Positions 48,799 through 57,743 of a stretch of DNA of 64,000 nucleotides are shown one piece after another. The position numbers were made by a program, and so were the translations under genes. The notes under the pieces were generated by a model. It did not search any database. It worked only from the letters and a program-made list of their open reading frames with translations, and had not been told where the DNA came from. This stretch comes from Chromatiales bacterium (lineage in GTDB: Bacteria; Pseudomonadota; Gammaproteobacteria; SZUA-152): positions 17,269-81,268 of the forward strand of contig JALVCE010000074.1 of NCBI GenBank assembly GCA_027010265.1. Direction: 5' to 3'. Positions within the stretch are counted from its first letter, which is position 1. Every line of letters begins with the position of its first letter.

Positions 48799-49217
48799 TA
48801 AAGCCCCGCCCTCCACTGCCGCTATTGCATAAAGAGCTGCCTGCCCGGCAACGGGGCGCGGCGCTGATTGCGGCGATTTTCGTGATCACCGCCCTGGCGG
48901 CCCTGGGTGGCCTGATGACCCAGTTTCTGACCCTGGGTTCGAAGCAGACCATCGACGAGTGGTATTCGACCCAGGCCCTGTACGCGGCGGAAAGTGGCGT
49001 GCAATGGGCGATCTGGGATCTGACGGTAAACGGTGGCGGCGGCACGGTGAGCAATGCCACGGTGGTGAACAACCAGGCCTGGATGAGCACCACGGTGAGC
49101 GCCCTCACGGTGAACGGCACAAACAATCTGTACACCATCACCAGTACCGGTACCGCGGGGGGCACGGCCTCCAGCCCGCGGGCCCAACGACAAATAGTGG
49201 TTCAATACATGCCCTGA
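48795..49217 (+). CDS. mshP: MshP/PilX-like minor pilin
   Basis: RQRG|AALIAAIFVI; QALYAAESGVQWA. Confidence 0.82.
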   Translation: MIKPRPPLPLLHKELPARQRGAALIAAIFVITALAALGGLMTQFLTLGSKQTIDEWYSTQALYAAESGVQWAIWDLTVNGGGGTVSNATVVNNQAWMSTTVSALTVNGTNNLYTITSTGTAGGTASSPRAQRQIVVQYMP

Positions 49218-49247
49218 GCGGGTGGCGCAAGCAACGGAGTCAAGACC

Positions 49248-50204
49248 ATGTTTTCAATCCTGGGAAAAAACAAAAAACGTTCCATCGCCGCCGTGGTGCC
49301 GGACGAGGTGGGGATCACCATCGCCAGGCTGGATCTCGAGGGCGAAAAACCCCGCGTGCAGGTTTGTGACTTCTCGCCCTGGGAGGAAGGCGGCGAGCAC
49401 GAAAAACAACTGGCCAGAAAGGCCAAGGAATTTTCCCTGGCCAAGCACGACGTCACCACGGTGATGGGCCTGGGCGAATACAGCGTGCTGAGCGTGGATG
49501 CGCCGGACGTGCCGCCCGCCGAGTTGCGCGCCGCGGTGCGCTGGCAGGTGAAAGACCTCATCGATTTTCATATCGACGACGCGGTGATCGACGTCTTCGA
49601 TGCCCCGGCCAGCGCCGCCCATGGCCAGCAGCACAAACTCTATGTGGTGGCCTCCAAGACCTCCACGGTGCGTCGTCACGTGGACGAGTTGCAGGAGGCG
49701 GAGATCAACCTCACCACCATCGACATTCCCGAGCTGGTGCTGCGCAACATCGCCGCGCGCTTGCCTGAAAACGAGGCCGGCGTAGCCATGATCTATCTCA
49801 CCCGCGAGCGCGGCCTTATCGTGGTGGCGCGCCAGTCCACCCTGTATTTTGCCCGCACCCTGGACATGGGTTACGGCTATCTCAACCAGGGTGTGAATGA
49901 GGGCGATGAACTCAGCCTGGAGAATAATGCCGCCTTCGACCGGCTGGTGCTGGAGGTGCAGCGCTCACTGGACTATTACGACCGCTATTTCTCCCAGCCG
50001 CCGGTGGCGGGCCTGGTGCTGGCGCCCACCGAGGTGCCCATCCCCGGTCTGGCGGAATATCTCAACAATGCCCTCGGCCTGCCCGCCCGCAACCTGGATC
50101 TCGCCGAGATAGTGGATTGCGAGCACTCGCTATCCAGCGTCCAGCAGGCCCACTGTCTGCCGGCCATTGGCGCCGCCCTGCGCGAGGAGCAGACCGTACT
50201 CTAG
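49248..50204 (+). CDS. PilM-like actin-fold protein (N-terminal half of MshI)
   Basis: APDVPPAELRAAVRWQVKDLID, IDIPELVLRN, LEVQRSLDYYDRYF, AIGAALR. Confidence 0.82.
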   Translation: MFSILGKNKKRSIAAVVPDEVGITIARLDLEGEKPRVQVCDFSPWEEGGEHEKQLARKAKEFSLAKHDVTTVMGLGEYSVLSVDAPDVPPAELRAAVRWQVKDLIDFHIDDAVIDVFDAPASAAHGQQHKLYVVASKTSTVRRHVDELQEAEINLTTIDIPELVLRNIAARLPENEAGVAMIYLTRERGLIVVARQSTLYFARTLDMGYGYLNQGVNEGDELSLENNAAFDRLVLEVQRSLDYYDRYFSQPPVAGLVLAPTEVPIPGLAEYLNNALGLPARNLDLAEIVDCEHSLSSVQQAHCLPAIGAALREEQTVL

Positions 50205-50230
50205 GCACCTGTTCGGGCTGTGAATAACCG

Positions 50231-50256
50231 GAAACTGTGACGGGCGTCACAGTTTC
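50231..50256. promoter_or_regulatory. Extended palindromic CRP-type box
   Basis: GAAACTGTGAC-GGGC-GTCACAGTTTC, with perfect core TGTGA-N6-TCACA at 50236-50251. Confidence 0.7.
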
Positions 50257-50372
50257 GCCCATTCCCCATTGTCGACATTTCTCCCGCGCCGCTAAACCCG
50301 GTGGAGGCCCTGGTTTTACACGAGCCGGGCGCATGGTAATCCCGCCGCTGGCGGGTACGGGAGAAAAAAGAC

Positions 50373-50735
50373 ATGAAAAAGACAATGCGAGGAATGACCT
50401 TCATCGAATTACTCATCGGCATGGTGCTCATCGGCGTGGTGGTCGCCATGGCCGTGCCGCGTTACGTGGATGCCGCCCAGCAGGCCAGGGATGATGCGCT
50501 GTGGGCGCAGAGCGTGGTGGTGAAGAACGCCCATGACGCGGTGTTGAACACGGGCGCCCAGCCCTCGGTGTCCGCCCTGGCGGCCAAGGTGGGCGGCAAG
50601 GCCGTGGACGGCGGCGTGCAGGTGCAGATCTCGGGGACAAGCTACATGGTTCCCACCTATGCCAACGGCCTGTGCACGGAACCCACCAAGAGCGTGGATG
50701 ATAAAGTCGGTTGTGTGGGGGCGATTGCTGGGTAA
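50373..50735 (+). CDS. Additional short type IV pilin
   Basis: MKKTMRG|MTFIELLIG with Glu5; AVPRY; C-terminal Cys pair. Confidence 0.82.
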   Translation: MKKTMRGMTFIELLIGMVLIGVVVAMAVPRYVDAAQQARDDALWAQSVVVKNAHDAVLNTGAQPSVSALAAKVGGKAVDGGVQVQISGTSYMVPTYANGLCTEPTKSVDDKVGCVGAIAG

Positions 50736-50741
50736 CGATAG

Positions 50742-50874
50742 TTTCTAGTATCGAGTTCAAGTATCGAGGGGCGAGGAAAAGCGATTCCTCGCCCTTTTCT
50801 GTTAGTGTGGGACGAGCTTTCCCCGGTTGGTAATAGGGTGTTTCCTCGTCACTCGCCCCTCGTCACTAGACACT
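50742..50874. repeat. Heptamer-periodic inverted repeat element, copy 2 (contains a terminator-like hairpin)
   Basis: TTTCTAG TATCGAG TTCAAG TATCGAG GGGCGAG ... CTCGTCA CTCGCCC CTCGTCA CTAGACA; inner hairpin GGGCGAGGAA...TTCCTCGCCC followed by TTTT. Confidence 0.75.
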
Positions 50875-50878
50875 ATTT

Positions 50879-52294
50879 TCACGCCGCACTGGTTTCCTCC
50901 ATCCCCAATTCCTTGATCTTGCGGGTCAGGGTGTTTCTTCCCCAGCCCAGCAGTTTGGCCGCATCCTGGCGGCGGCCACCGGTGTGCTTTAAGGCAATCT
51001 CGATCATGATGCGCTCGAAACGGGGCACGGCGTCGGTGAGCAGGGCCACTTCGCCCTGGGCGAAGCGCTGGTCGGCCCAGCGGCGCAGGCTGGCTTCCCA
51101 GTTGTCGTTTTCAATACCGCTCTTGGTGGCCTGTTTCAGCTCGGCGGGCAGGTCGTCCATGTGGATGGTCTGTCCCGGGGACATGACGGTGAGCCAGCGG
51201 CAGGTGTTTTCCAGTTCCCGCACGTTGCCCGGCCATTCCTGCCGGGCCAGGTAGCGGGCGGTTTCCTCGTCCAGTTGCTTGGGCTCCATGTTGAGTTCGC
51301 GGGCGGCCTCGGTGAGGAAGTGCCTGGCCAGCAGGGGGATATCTTCCTGGCGCTCGCGCAGCGGTGGCATGTGCACGCGGATCACGTTGAGGCGGTGGAA
51401 CAGATCCTCGCGGAACTGACCGTCCCTGACTCGCTGTTCCAGGTTCTGGTGGGTGGCGGCGACAATGCGTACATCAACTTTTGTGGGTGTGTGCCCACCC
51501 ACCCGATAGAACTCACCGTCGGCCAGTACGCGCAGCAGGCGGGTCTGCAGTTCGGCGGGCATGTCGCCTATCTCGTCCAGGAACAGGGTACCGCCGTCGG
51601 CCTGTTCGAAGCGGCCGACACGGGCGCTTTGTGCGCCGGTAAAGGCGCCGCGTTCGTGGCCGAAGAGTTCGGACTCCAGCAGGTCCTTGGGGATGGCCGC
51701 GGTGTTCAGGGCGATGAAGGGCTTGTTGGCGCGGGGGCTGTGGCGGTGCAGGGCGCGGGCCACCAGTTCTTTGCCGGTGCCGGACTCGCCGTTGATGAGC
51801 ACGGTGATCTTGGAGCGGGCCAGGCGGCCGATGGCGCGGAACACTTCCTGCATGGAGGGGGCCTCGCCGATGATCTCCGGCGCGGCGGCCTGGGGGCTGG
51901 CGCTGGCATCGCCGGGTAGTTGCTGGCCGTGCTGGATGGCGCGGTTCACCAGCTCCACGGCCTCGTCCACGTCGAAGGGCTTGGGCAGATATTCGAAGGC
52001 GCCGCCCTGGTAGGCGGAGACGGCACTGTCCAGGTCCGAGTGGGCGGTCATGATGATCACCGGCAGTTCGGGGTAATGTTTGCCGATTTGCTCCATGAGC
52101 TGCAGGCCGTCCATGCCGGGCATGCGCACGTCGGTGACGATGGCGGCGGGTTGTTCGCGTTCGAGCCTGTCCAGCACCCCCTCGGCACTTTCGAAGCTGG
52201 TGACGGCCAGGCCGGCCTGTTTCAGGGCGCGTTCCAGCACCCAGCGAATGGAGCGGTCGTCGTCGATGATCCAGGTGGTGTGTGTGTCTGTCAT
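50879..52294 (-). CDS. ntrC: Nitrogen regulation response regulator NtrC
   Basis: WIIDDDRSIRWVLE, GESGTGKE, ESELFGHERGAFTGA, LGWGRNTLTRK; start at ATG 52294. Confidence 0.96.
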   Translation of the reverse strand: MTDTHTTWIIDDDRSIRWVLERALKQAGLAVTSFESAEGVLDRLEREQPAAIVTDVRMPGMDGLQLMEQIGKHYPELPVIIMTAHSDLDSAVSAYQGGAFEYLPKPFDVDEAVELVNRAIQHGQQLPGDASASPQAAAPEIIGEAPSMQEVFRAIGRLARSKITVLINGESGTGKELVARALHRHSPRANKPFIALNTAAIPKDLLESELFGHERGAFTGAQSARVGRFEQADGGTLFLDEIGDMPAELQTRLLRVLADGEFYRVGGHTPTKVDVRIVAATHQNLEQRVRDGQFREDLFHRLNVIRVHMPPLRERQEDIPLLARHFLTEAARELNMEPKQLDEETARYLARQEWPGNVRELENTCRWLTVMSPGQTIHMDDLPAELKQATKSGIENDNWEASLRRWADQRFAQGEVALLTDAVPRFERIMIEIALKHTGGRRQDAAKLLGWGRNTLTRKIKELGMEETSAA

Positions 52295-53427
52295 GCGCTG
52301 TGTCTCAGTGTTGCGGGTTGATGCGGTTCGGTGATGGCGCCGCGCTGGGGGCTGCCGGCGCGGTGGCCGGCTTGGTCCAGTGGCAACAGCAGGCTGAAGC
52401 GGGTGCGCCCGGGGCGGGATTCGCACTGGATCAGCCCGCCGTGCTGGTTGATCAATGACTGGGCGATGGACAGGCCCAGGCCGGTGCCGTCGGCGCGGCC
52501 GGTGACCATGGGGAAGAAGATGCTCTCCAGCATGTCTTCGGGGATGCCGGGGCCGTTGTCGATGATCTCCACCCGGCAGACCAGTTTGTGGCAGGTCTGG
52601 CCGATGGTGAACTGGCGCTGGGCGCGGGTGCGCAGGATGATCTCGCCCTGCTTGCCGATGGCCTGTACGGCATTGCCGACGATGTTCAGCACCGCCTGCA
52701 CCAGCTGGTCGCGGTCGCCAAGGATTTCGGGGATGCTGGGGTCGTAGTCGCTGACGAAAGTGATGTCGCCGGATTTCTCCACGCTCACCAGCTGGCGCAC
52801 GTGTTCCAGCACCTGATGAATGTTCACCGGCTCTTTTTGTGGCAGGGCGTTGGGGCCGAGCATGGTGTCCACCAGGTTACGCAGGCGGTCTGCCTCGCCG
52901 ATGATGATGTTGGTGTATTCCTTGAGCGCCGGGTCGGGCAGCTCGCGTTCCAGCAGTTGCGCCGCGCCGCGCAGGCCGCCCAGGGGGTTCTTGATCTCGT
53001 GGGCCAGGCCGCGCACCAGCGAACGCAGGGTTTCCTGCTGGGCCAGTTGCTGGCCCTCGCGGGCGATGCGCAACTGGCGGTCCATTTGCTGTAGTTCCAC
53101 CAGCAGACCGGAATCGCTGCCCGCGGCGGCCAGGGGGATGACGGTGCAGTCCACGGTAAGTTCGCGGCGCCCGGGCAGGGTGATCTGCACCTCGTGCTCG
53201 GTGAAGGGGTGGCCGCTGTCGCGGCCCTTTTCGATGGCTTCCAGCAAGTGACTGTCAGCCGGCAGCAGAGCCGGCGCACACTGGCCGATGAGGCGCTTGG
53301 CGCTGACCGCAAAGAGCATTTCCCCCGCGGGGTTGATGAAGTCCAGGCACAGGTTGGCATCGAACATGAGCACGGCGTGCGTCAGATTGTCGAGGATGCG
53401 TTGATGCATGGCGTTGGTCGTGGGCAT
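52291..53427 (-). CDS. ntrB: Nitrogen regulation sensor kinase NtrB
   Basis: PAS domain; GLAHEIKNPLGGLRGAAQLL; DYDPSIP; GTGLGLSIAQ. Confidence 0.96.
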   Translation of the reverse strand: MPTTNAMHQRILDNLTHAVLMFDANLCLDFINPAGEMLFAVSAKRLIGQCAPALLPADSHLLEAIEKGRDSGHPFTEHEVQITLPGRRELTVDCTVIPLAAAGSDSGLLVELQQMDRQLRIAREGQQLAQQETLRSLVRGLAHEIKNPLGGLRGAAQLLERELPDPALKEYTNIIIGEADRLRNLVDTMLGPNALPQKEPVNIHQVLEHVRQLVSVEKSGDITFVSDYDPSIPEILGDRDQLVQAVLNIVGNAVQAIGKQGEIILRTRAQRQFTIGQTCHKLVCRVEIIDNGPGIPEDMLESIFFPMVTGRADGTGLGLSIAQSLINQHGGLIQCESRPGRTRFSLLLPLDQAGHRAGSPQRGAITEPHQPATLRHSA

Positions 53428-53470
53428 GTTGCTTAACTATCCAAAGGCTCGTTGATGGCGACCAGTGAAT

Positions 53471-53486
53471 TGCAAGAACCAAACCA
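53471..53486 (-). promoter_or_regulatory. Sigma54-like promoter upstream of ntrB
   Basis: Minus strand TGGTTTGGTTCTTGCA, GG-N10-GC. Confidence 0.55.
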
Positions 53487-53648
53487 GCTTGGCTGAAGAT
53501 TCACGGTATTTCCCGGTAATGAATAAGCTGAGAAATAAAAATCAATAATAACAGTGTGTTATATTAAATTTCCTGTGAGTGGAGAGGAATCATATATGCC
53601 TGGAACATATTGATTGCTTCCCAAAAGATAGCGCAAACCGGCACAATG

Positions 53649-53665
53649 CGCACCAAATTAGTGCG
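53649..53665. promoter_or_regulatory. NtrC binding site upstream of ntrB
   Basis: CGCACCAAATTAGTGCG versus consensus TGCACCA-N3-TGGTGCA. Confidence 0.7.
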
Positions 53666-53695
53666 CAGGTAAGCGGTAAAGTTCAGATCTGGGAA

Positions 53696-54214
53696 TTATT
53701 TTGCGCCTTTGGGGCGTATGGCAGAAAATCGGTGCAGATAAATGCTTACGCTGGGTGCGCTGATGAGCACCTTGCCTTGGGCGTCCACCACCTGTGCGCT
53801 GAGTGTATGCTCGCCGCGATCCACGTTTTTAAGCGTGAAATCGCCCGTGGTGGATTCCGTTTTTGCGGCGCCATCGAGCAGTAGCACTAGGCGATGCCCG
53901 GATTGCAGACCTGGCTTGACGGCAACGCTTACCTTGAGAGTGCCGCTGTTTTCGCGGATGCTGGCTTCGTTCGCCGGGCTGGTGATGCGCAGTTCAGTGT
54001 ATTTGGCCTGCGTGCTTGGAGTTTGCGGGGTGCTGGTTGGTGGCGGCACCGGCGGCGGGGTAAAGGTGCTCATGGGACGCAGGGGTACAGGCTTGTCGTC
54101 CTGTTTGCCGGGAACGTCACTGAATTCCACGCTGCCATCGGGATTGACGCGTTTGTATACTTCGGCGCTGGCGTTGCCGATGAGCAGGATGAGAAGAATG
54201 AGGAACAGGCGCAT
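53696..54214 (-). CDS. DUF4124-type exported protein with Ig-like C-terminus
   Basis: AEVYKRVNPDGSVEFSDVP; NVDRGEHTL; lies between glnA and ntrB. Confidence 0.85.
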   Translation of the reverse strand: MRLFLILLILLIGNASAEVYKRVNPDGSVEFSDVPGKQDDKPVPLRPMSTFTPPPVPPPTSTPQTPSTQAKYTELRITSPANEASIRENSGTLKVSVAVKPGLQSGHRLVLLLDGAAKTESTTGDFTLKNVDRGEHTLSAQVVDAQGKVLISAPSVSIYLHRFSAIRPKGAK

Positions 54215-54268
54215 GCCCTGATTCTAGCGTAAAGCGCCGCGGGAGATAAAAGGAAATCGGTTTTTTGA

Positions 54269-54347
54269 TGAGTATCGAGTTTCGAGGGGCTAGGAAAAAC
54301 ACCACGAGTCCATTGCCTGGATACTCGCCCCTAGAAACTAGTCACTC
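54269..54347. repeat. Heptamer-periodic inverted repeat element, copy 3
   Basis: TGAG TATCGAG TTTCGAG GGGCTAG ... CTGGATA CTCGCCC CTAGAAA CTAGTCA CTC. Confidence 0.75.
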
Positions 54348-54394
54348 AAAAAAAGGGAAAGAGCCGGGGGCCAACCCCCTTTGCTCTTTCCCCT
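54348..54394 (-). terminator. glnA intrinsic terminator
   Basis: A-run followed by GGGAAAGAGC...GCTCTTTCCC hairpin just past the glnA stop. Confidence 0.75.
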
Positions 54395-54413
54395 TTATGC
54401 TTTTCCCTGCCGT

Positions 54414-55823
54414 CTAGCAGCTATAGTACATGTCGAACTCAACCGGATGCGTGCTCATGCGCAGACGGGTGATTTCTTCCATCTTCAGGTCGATGTAGGC
54501 GTTGATCATGTCGTCGGTGAACACACCGCCGGCGGTGAGGAAGCCGCGATCGGTATCCAGCGCTTCCAGGGCCTGGTCGAAGGAATGACAGACCTGCGGG
54601 ATCTCGGCGGCTTCTTCCGCAGGCAGGTCGTACAGATCCTTGTCCATGGCGTCGCCCGGGTGGATCTTGTTCTGGATGCCGTCCAGGCCGGCCATCATCA
54701 TGGCGGAGAAGGCCAGGTAGGGGTTGGCGGTGGGATCCGGGAAGCGCACCTCGATGCGCCGACCCTTGGGATTGCTGACAAACGGGATGCGGATGGAGGC
54801 GGAGCGGTTGCGGGCGGAATAGGCCAGCATCACCGGGGCCTCGAAGCCGGGCACCAGACGCTTGTAGCTGTTGGTGGAGGCATTGGTGAAGGCGTTCAGT
54901 GCGCGGGCATGCTTGATGATGCCGCCGATGTAGTACAGGGCGGTTTCACTCAGGCCGCCGTATTCGTCACCGGCGAACAGGTTGTTGCCGTCCTTGAACA
55001 GGGACTGGTGCACGTGCATGCCGGAACCGTTGTCACCCACCAGCGGCTTGGGCATAAAGGTGGCCGTCTTGCCGTAGGCGTGGGCCACGTTGTGGGTGCA
55101 GTATTTCTGGATCTGCACCCAGTCGGCACGCTTGGTGAGGGTGGCGAACTTGGTGCCGATTTCGCATTGGCCGGCGGTGGCCACTTCGTGGTGATGCACC
55201 TCCACCTCGACGCCCATTTCTTCCATGGCCAGGCACATGGCGGCGCGGATGTCGTGCAGGCTGTCCACTGGCGGCACGGGGAAGTAACCGCCCTTGACGC
55301 CGGGACGGTGACCGATGTTACCGTCTTCGTAGACCTTCTCGGAGTTCCACTCGGATTCCTCGGAGTCCACTTTGTAGAAGGCGCCGGCCATGGTGGCGCC
55401 CCAACGTACGTCGTCGAGGATGAAGAATTCGGGCTCGGGGCCGAAGAAGGCCTGGTCGGCGACGCCGGTGCTCTTCAGATAGGCCTCGGCGCGGTCGGCA
55501 ACGGAACGGGGGTCACGGTCGTAACCCTGGCCTGTAGCGGGTTCAACGATGTTGCAGGTGATGTTGAGCATGGCCTCATCGGAGAAGATGTCCATCACCG
55601 CGGTAGAGGTGTCGGGCATGAGAATCATGTCGGACTCGTTGATGCCCTTCCAGCCCTGGATGGAGGAACCGTCGAACATCTTGCCTTCGGTGAATACGTC
55701 TTCGTCCACCTGGCTGGCCGGCACGGTGACGTGCTGCTCTTTGCCGTGGGTATCGGTGAAGCGGAAGTCCACAAACTTCGCCTCGTTGTCTTTGATCATT
55801 TTTAATACGTCTTGTGCAGACAT
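54414..55823 (-). CDS. glnA: Glutamine synthetase type I
   Basis: [39 protein letters not shown]-type adenylylation site (DLYDLP). Confidence 0.98.
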   Translation of the reverse strand: MSAQDVLKMIKDNEAKFVDFRFTDTHGKEQHVTVPASQVDEDVFTEGKMFDGSSIQGWKGINESDMILMPDTSTAVMDIFSDEAMLNITCNIVEPATGQGYDRDPRSVADRAEAYLKSTGVADQAFFGPEPEFFILDDVRWGATMAGAFYKVDSEESEWNSEKVYEDGNIGHRPGVKGGYFPVPPVDSLHDIRAAMCLAMEEMGVEVEVHHHEVATAGQCEIGTKFATLTKRADWVQIQKYCTHNVAHAYGKTATFMPKPLVGDNGSGMHVHQSLFKDGNNLFAGDEYGGLSETALYYIGGIIKHARALNAFTNASTNSYKRLVPGFEAPVMLAYSARNRSASIRIPFVSNPKGRRIEVRFPDPTANPYLAFSAMMMAGLDGIQNKIHPGDAMDKDLYDLPAEEAAEIPQVCHSFDQALEALDTDRGFLTAGGVFTDDMINAYIDLKMEEITRLRMSTHPVEFDMYYSC

Positions 55824-55942
55824 GATGGACTCTCCTGATTGCTTTTGCTTATTGATATAGATTGAAAAAAGTGTGCAGTTCGTTGAAATGAGGGTGTTCT
55901 CTGATGCTCTCTGTTTATTATTGAGCCTTCGTGGCTCGAATT

Positions 55943-55958
55943 AGCACGAAATATGCCA
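55943..55958 (-). promoter_or_regulatory. Sigma54 promoter of glnA
   Basis: Minus strand TGGCATATTTCGTGCT, GG-N10-GC. Confidence 0.8.
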
Positions 55959-56067
55959 CCGCCCCTGGCAGGGGTTTTGCGGCGCCGTGCCCAGGCAAAA
56001 ACGGCGGCACACTGCGGGGTGGCGGGGGACACACAGCTTACGTGCCTTCGCGTCGCAGGGAAACCAT

Positions 56068-56114
56068 TGCACAAAATTAGTGCGCCAGTTGTACCGCCGC
56101 ACAAAATCCGTGCG
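56068..56114. promoter_or_regulatory. Two NtrC enhancer sites for glnA
   Basis: TGCACAAAATTAGTGCG (56068-56084) and CGCACAAAATCCGTGCG (56098-56114), 30 bp apart and about 110-155 bp from the -24 element. Confidence 0.75.
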
Positions 56115-56120
56115 AGGTGT

Positions 56121-57302
56121 TCAGTGAAAACACACCCGCACCTCGACGATATATTCTGTGCCGGGCTGCTCGATGACCCGCTCGGCCATTTCCCGTTCCA
56201 CCGCCTGTGCACTGGCGATGTCTCCCATGCAGGCGAGCGGCAATAATACCTCCACATGAATTTTGCCGTCCAGATAGTGCAGGACGATTTCTTCCATGTG
56301 CCGGGTGGCATCGATATCCGCCCAGCGTTGTTTGAGCTTGGCCACCACTTCCTCGCGCAGGGGCAGGCCCATGCTGGGGGCGGCCACCTCATCGTCTTCG
56401 GGGTCGATGTGCACCATGACGTCGGTGACGGCCTCCACCTGGCGCATGATCTGTGCCCGCACGGTGTCGCCAATGCGATGCCCCTCGGAAACGCTGATCC
56501 GGGGATTCACCAGGATGTGTACGTCCACCAGGCCCTTGTCGCCCATGCGCCGGGTGCGCAGCATGTGCAGGGCTTCCACGCCGTCCACGGATTGGATGGC
56601 CGTGCGGATCTGCGCCACCTGCTCCGGATCCATGGCGGTATCGATAAGCTCCTGGGCGCTGTGCCAGGCCAGCTTGGCGCCGATCCAGGCCACCATCAGC
56701 GCCACGCCAATGGCCGCCACGGCGTCCAGGTAGTCTAGCCCGCCCATGCTGCCCAGCACGCCAACGACCACGATCACCGAAGAGATGGCGTCGGAGCGGC
56801 TGTGCCAGGCATTGGCGCGCAGCAGACTGGAGCTCAGCTTGTTGGCCACATGCAGGGTGTAATGATAAATGGCCTCTTTGGAGACGATGGAGATGGCGGC
56901 CACCACCAGGGCCAACCAGCCGGGGTGCAGCAACAGGTCGGGATGCATGAGCCGCAGCACGGCATCCCAGGCGATGCCCAGAGCAATGCCGATAAGCGCG
57001 ACGCCCAGGGAGATGGTGGCCAGGGTCTCGATACGGCCGTGGCCGTAGGGGTGATCCTCGTCGGCCTCGCGGGAGCCGTGCTTCATGGCCACCAGGACCA
57101 CGGCGTCGGTGGCCAGGTCGGACAGGGAATGTACGCCATCGGCGATCAGCGCCTGGGAACTGCCGACATAACCGACAATGATCTTCGCCACCCCCAGCAG
57201 CAGATCGATCACCGAACCGATGAGGGTGACCTTGCGCGCTGCTCGGTAGCGTTCGTCGCCCTCCACGGCTTCCGGCAGGTGATGCTGGTGGTCGTGGCCC
57301 AT
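56121..57302 (-). CDS. Cation diffusion facilitator (FieF-like) transporter
   Basis: ALIADGVHSLSD, HPYGHGRIET, ANAWHSRSDA; His-rich N-terminus; start at 57302. Confidence 0.92.
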   Translation of the reverse strand: MGHDHQHHLPEAVEGDERYRAARKVTLIGSVIDLLLGVAKIIVGYVGSSQALIADGVHSLSDLATDAVVLVAMKHGSREADEDHPYGHGRIETLATISLGVALIGIALGIAWDAVLRLMHPDLLLHPGWLALVVAAISIVSKEAIYHYTLHVANKLSSSLLRANAWHSRSDAISSVIVVVGVLGSMGGLDYLDAVAAIGVALMVAWIGAKLAWHSAQELIDTAMDPEQVAQIRTAIQSVDGVEALHMLRTRRMGDKGLVDVHILVNPRISVSEGHRIGDTVRAQIMRQVEAVTDVMVHIDPEDDEVAAPSMGLPLREEVVAKLKQRWADIDATRHMEEIVLHYLDGKIHVEVLLPLACMGDIASAQAVEREMAERVIEQPGTEYIVEVRVCFH

Positions 57303-57532
57303 CAGCCGCCCACCCGAATGGTGATCAACACCTCTTCGTCTTCGTTGACCCCCGCTTCCAGCACCTCGTGGCCGTTGATACGGCACCAGGCGGGGATGTC
57401 CAGCAAGGCGCCCGGGTCGGTGCAGGTGACGAGCAGGGTGTCGCCGGGGGCCAGTTCCTGCACCTTGTTCTGCGCACGGATCACCGGCATGGGGCAGAGC
57501 AGGCGGCGGGCGTCGAGCTGGTGGTGGCTCAT
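57302..57532 (-). CDS. TusA/SirA-family sulfur carrier
   Basis: LDARRLLCPMPVIR...TDPGALLDIPAWC. Confidence 0.9.
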   Translation of the reverse strand: MSHHQLDARRLLCPMPVIRAQNKVQELAPGDTLLVTCTDPGALLDIPAWCRINGHEVLEAGVNEDEEVLITIRVGG

Positions 57533-57606
57533 GACGTGCCCCTTGTCGGCACAGGTTGACCCTGTTGGCACAGCGATTGAGGTTTTGTGAGGAGACATAA
57601 AATTGC

Positions 57607-57683
57607 CGTCATTCCGGCGCAGGCCGGAATCCAGTGTGGCAAGGTGGCCGTTTCTCTGGATTCCGGCCTGCGCCGGAATGACG
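57607..57683. repeat. CGTC-type REP
   Basis: CGTCATTCCGGCGCAGGCCGGAATCCAG...CTGGATTCCGGCCTGCGCCGGAATGACG. Confidence 0.88.
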
Positions 57684-57743
57684 AAAAAAAGAGAGTGCGT
57701 GGGAAATAGCAGCCCACGTTGAGATTTTTTGCGGGCAAGGCGC

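Noticed and set aside
52295-52426. N-terminal extension of NtrC, and similar extensions of CDF, TusA-like, PlsY and YgfA
   Set aside because: They overlap neighbouring genes, RNAs or REPs; family homology starts at downstream start codons.
54381-55805. 474-aa antisense ORF, and similar long shadow ORFs such as 21602..22522 and 28000..29052
   Set aside because: These are antisense mirrors of well-recognised genes, expected from high-GC codon bias, and have no motifs.
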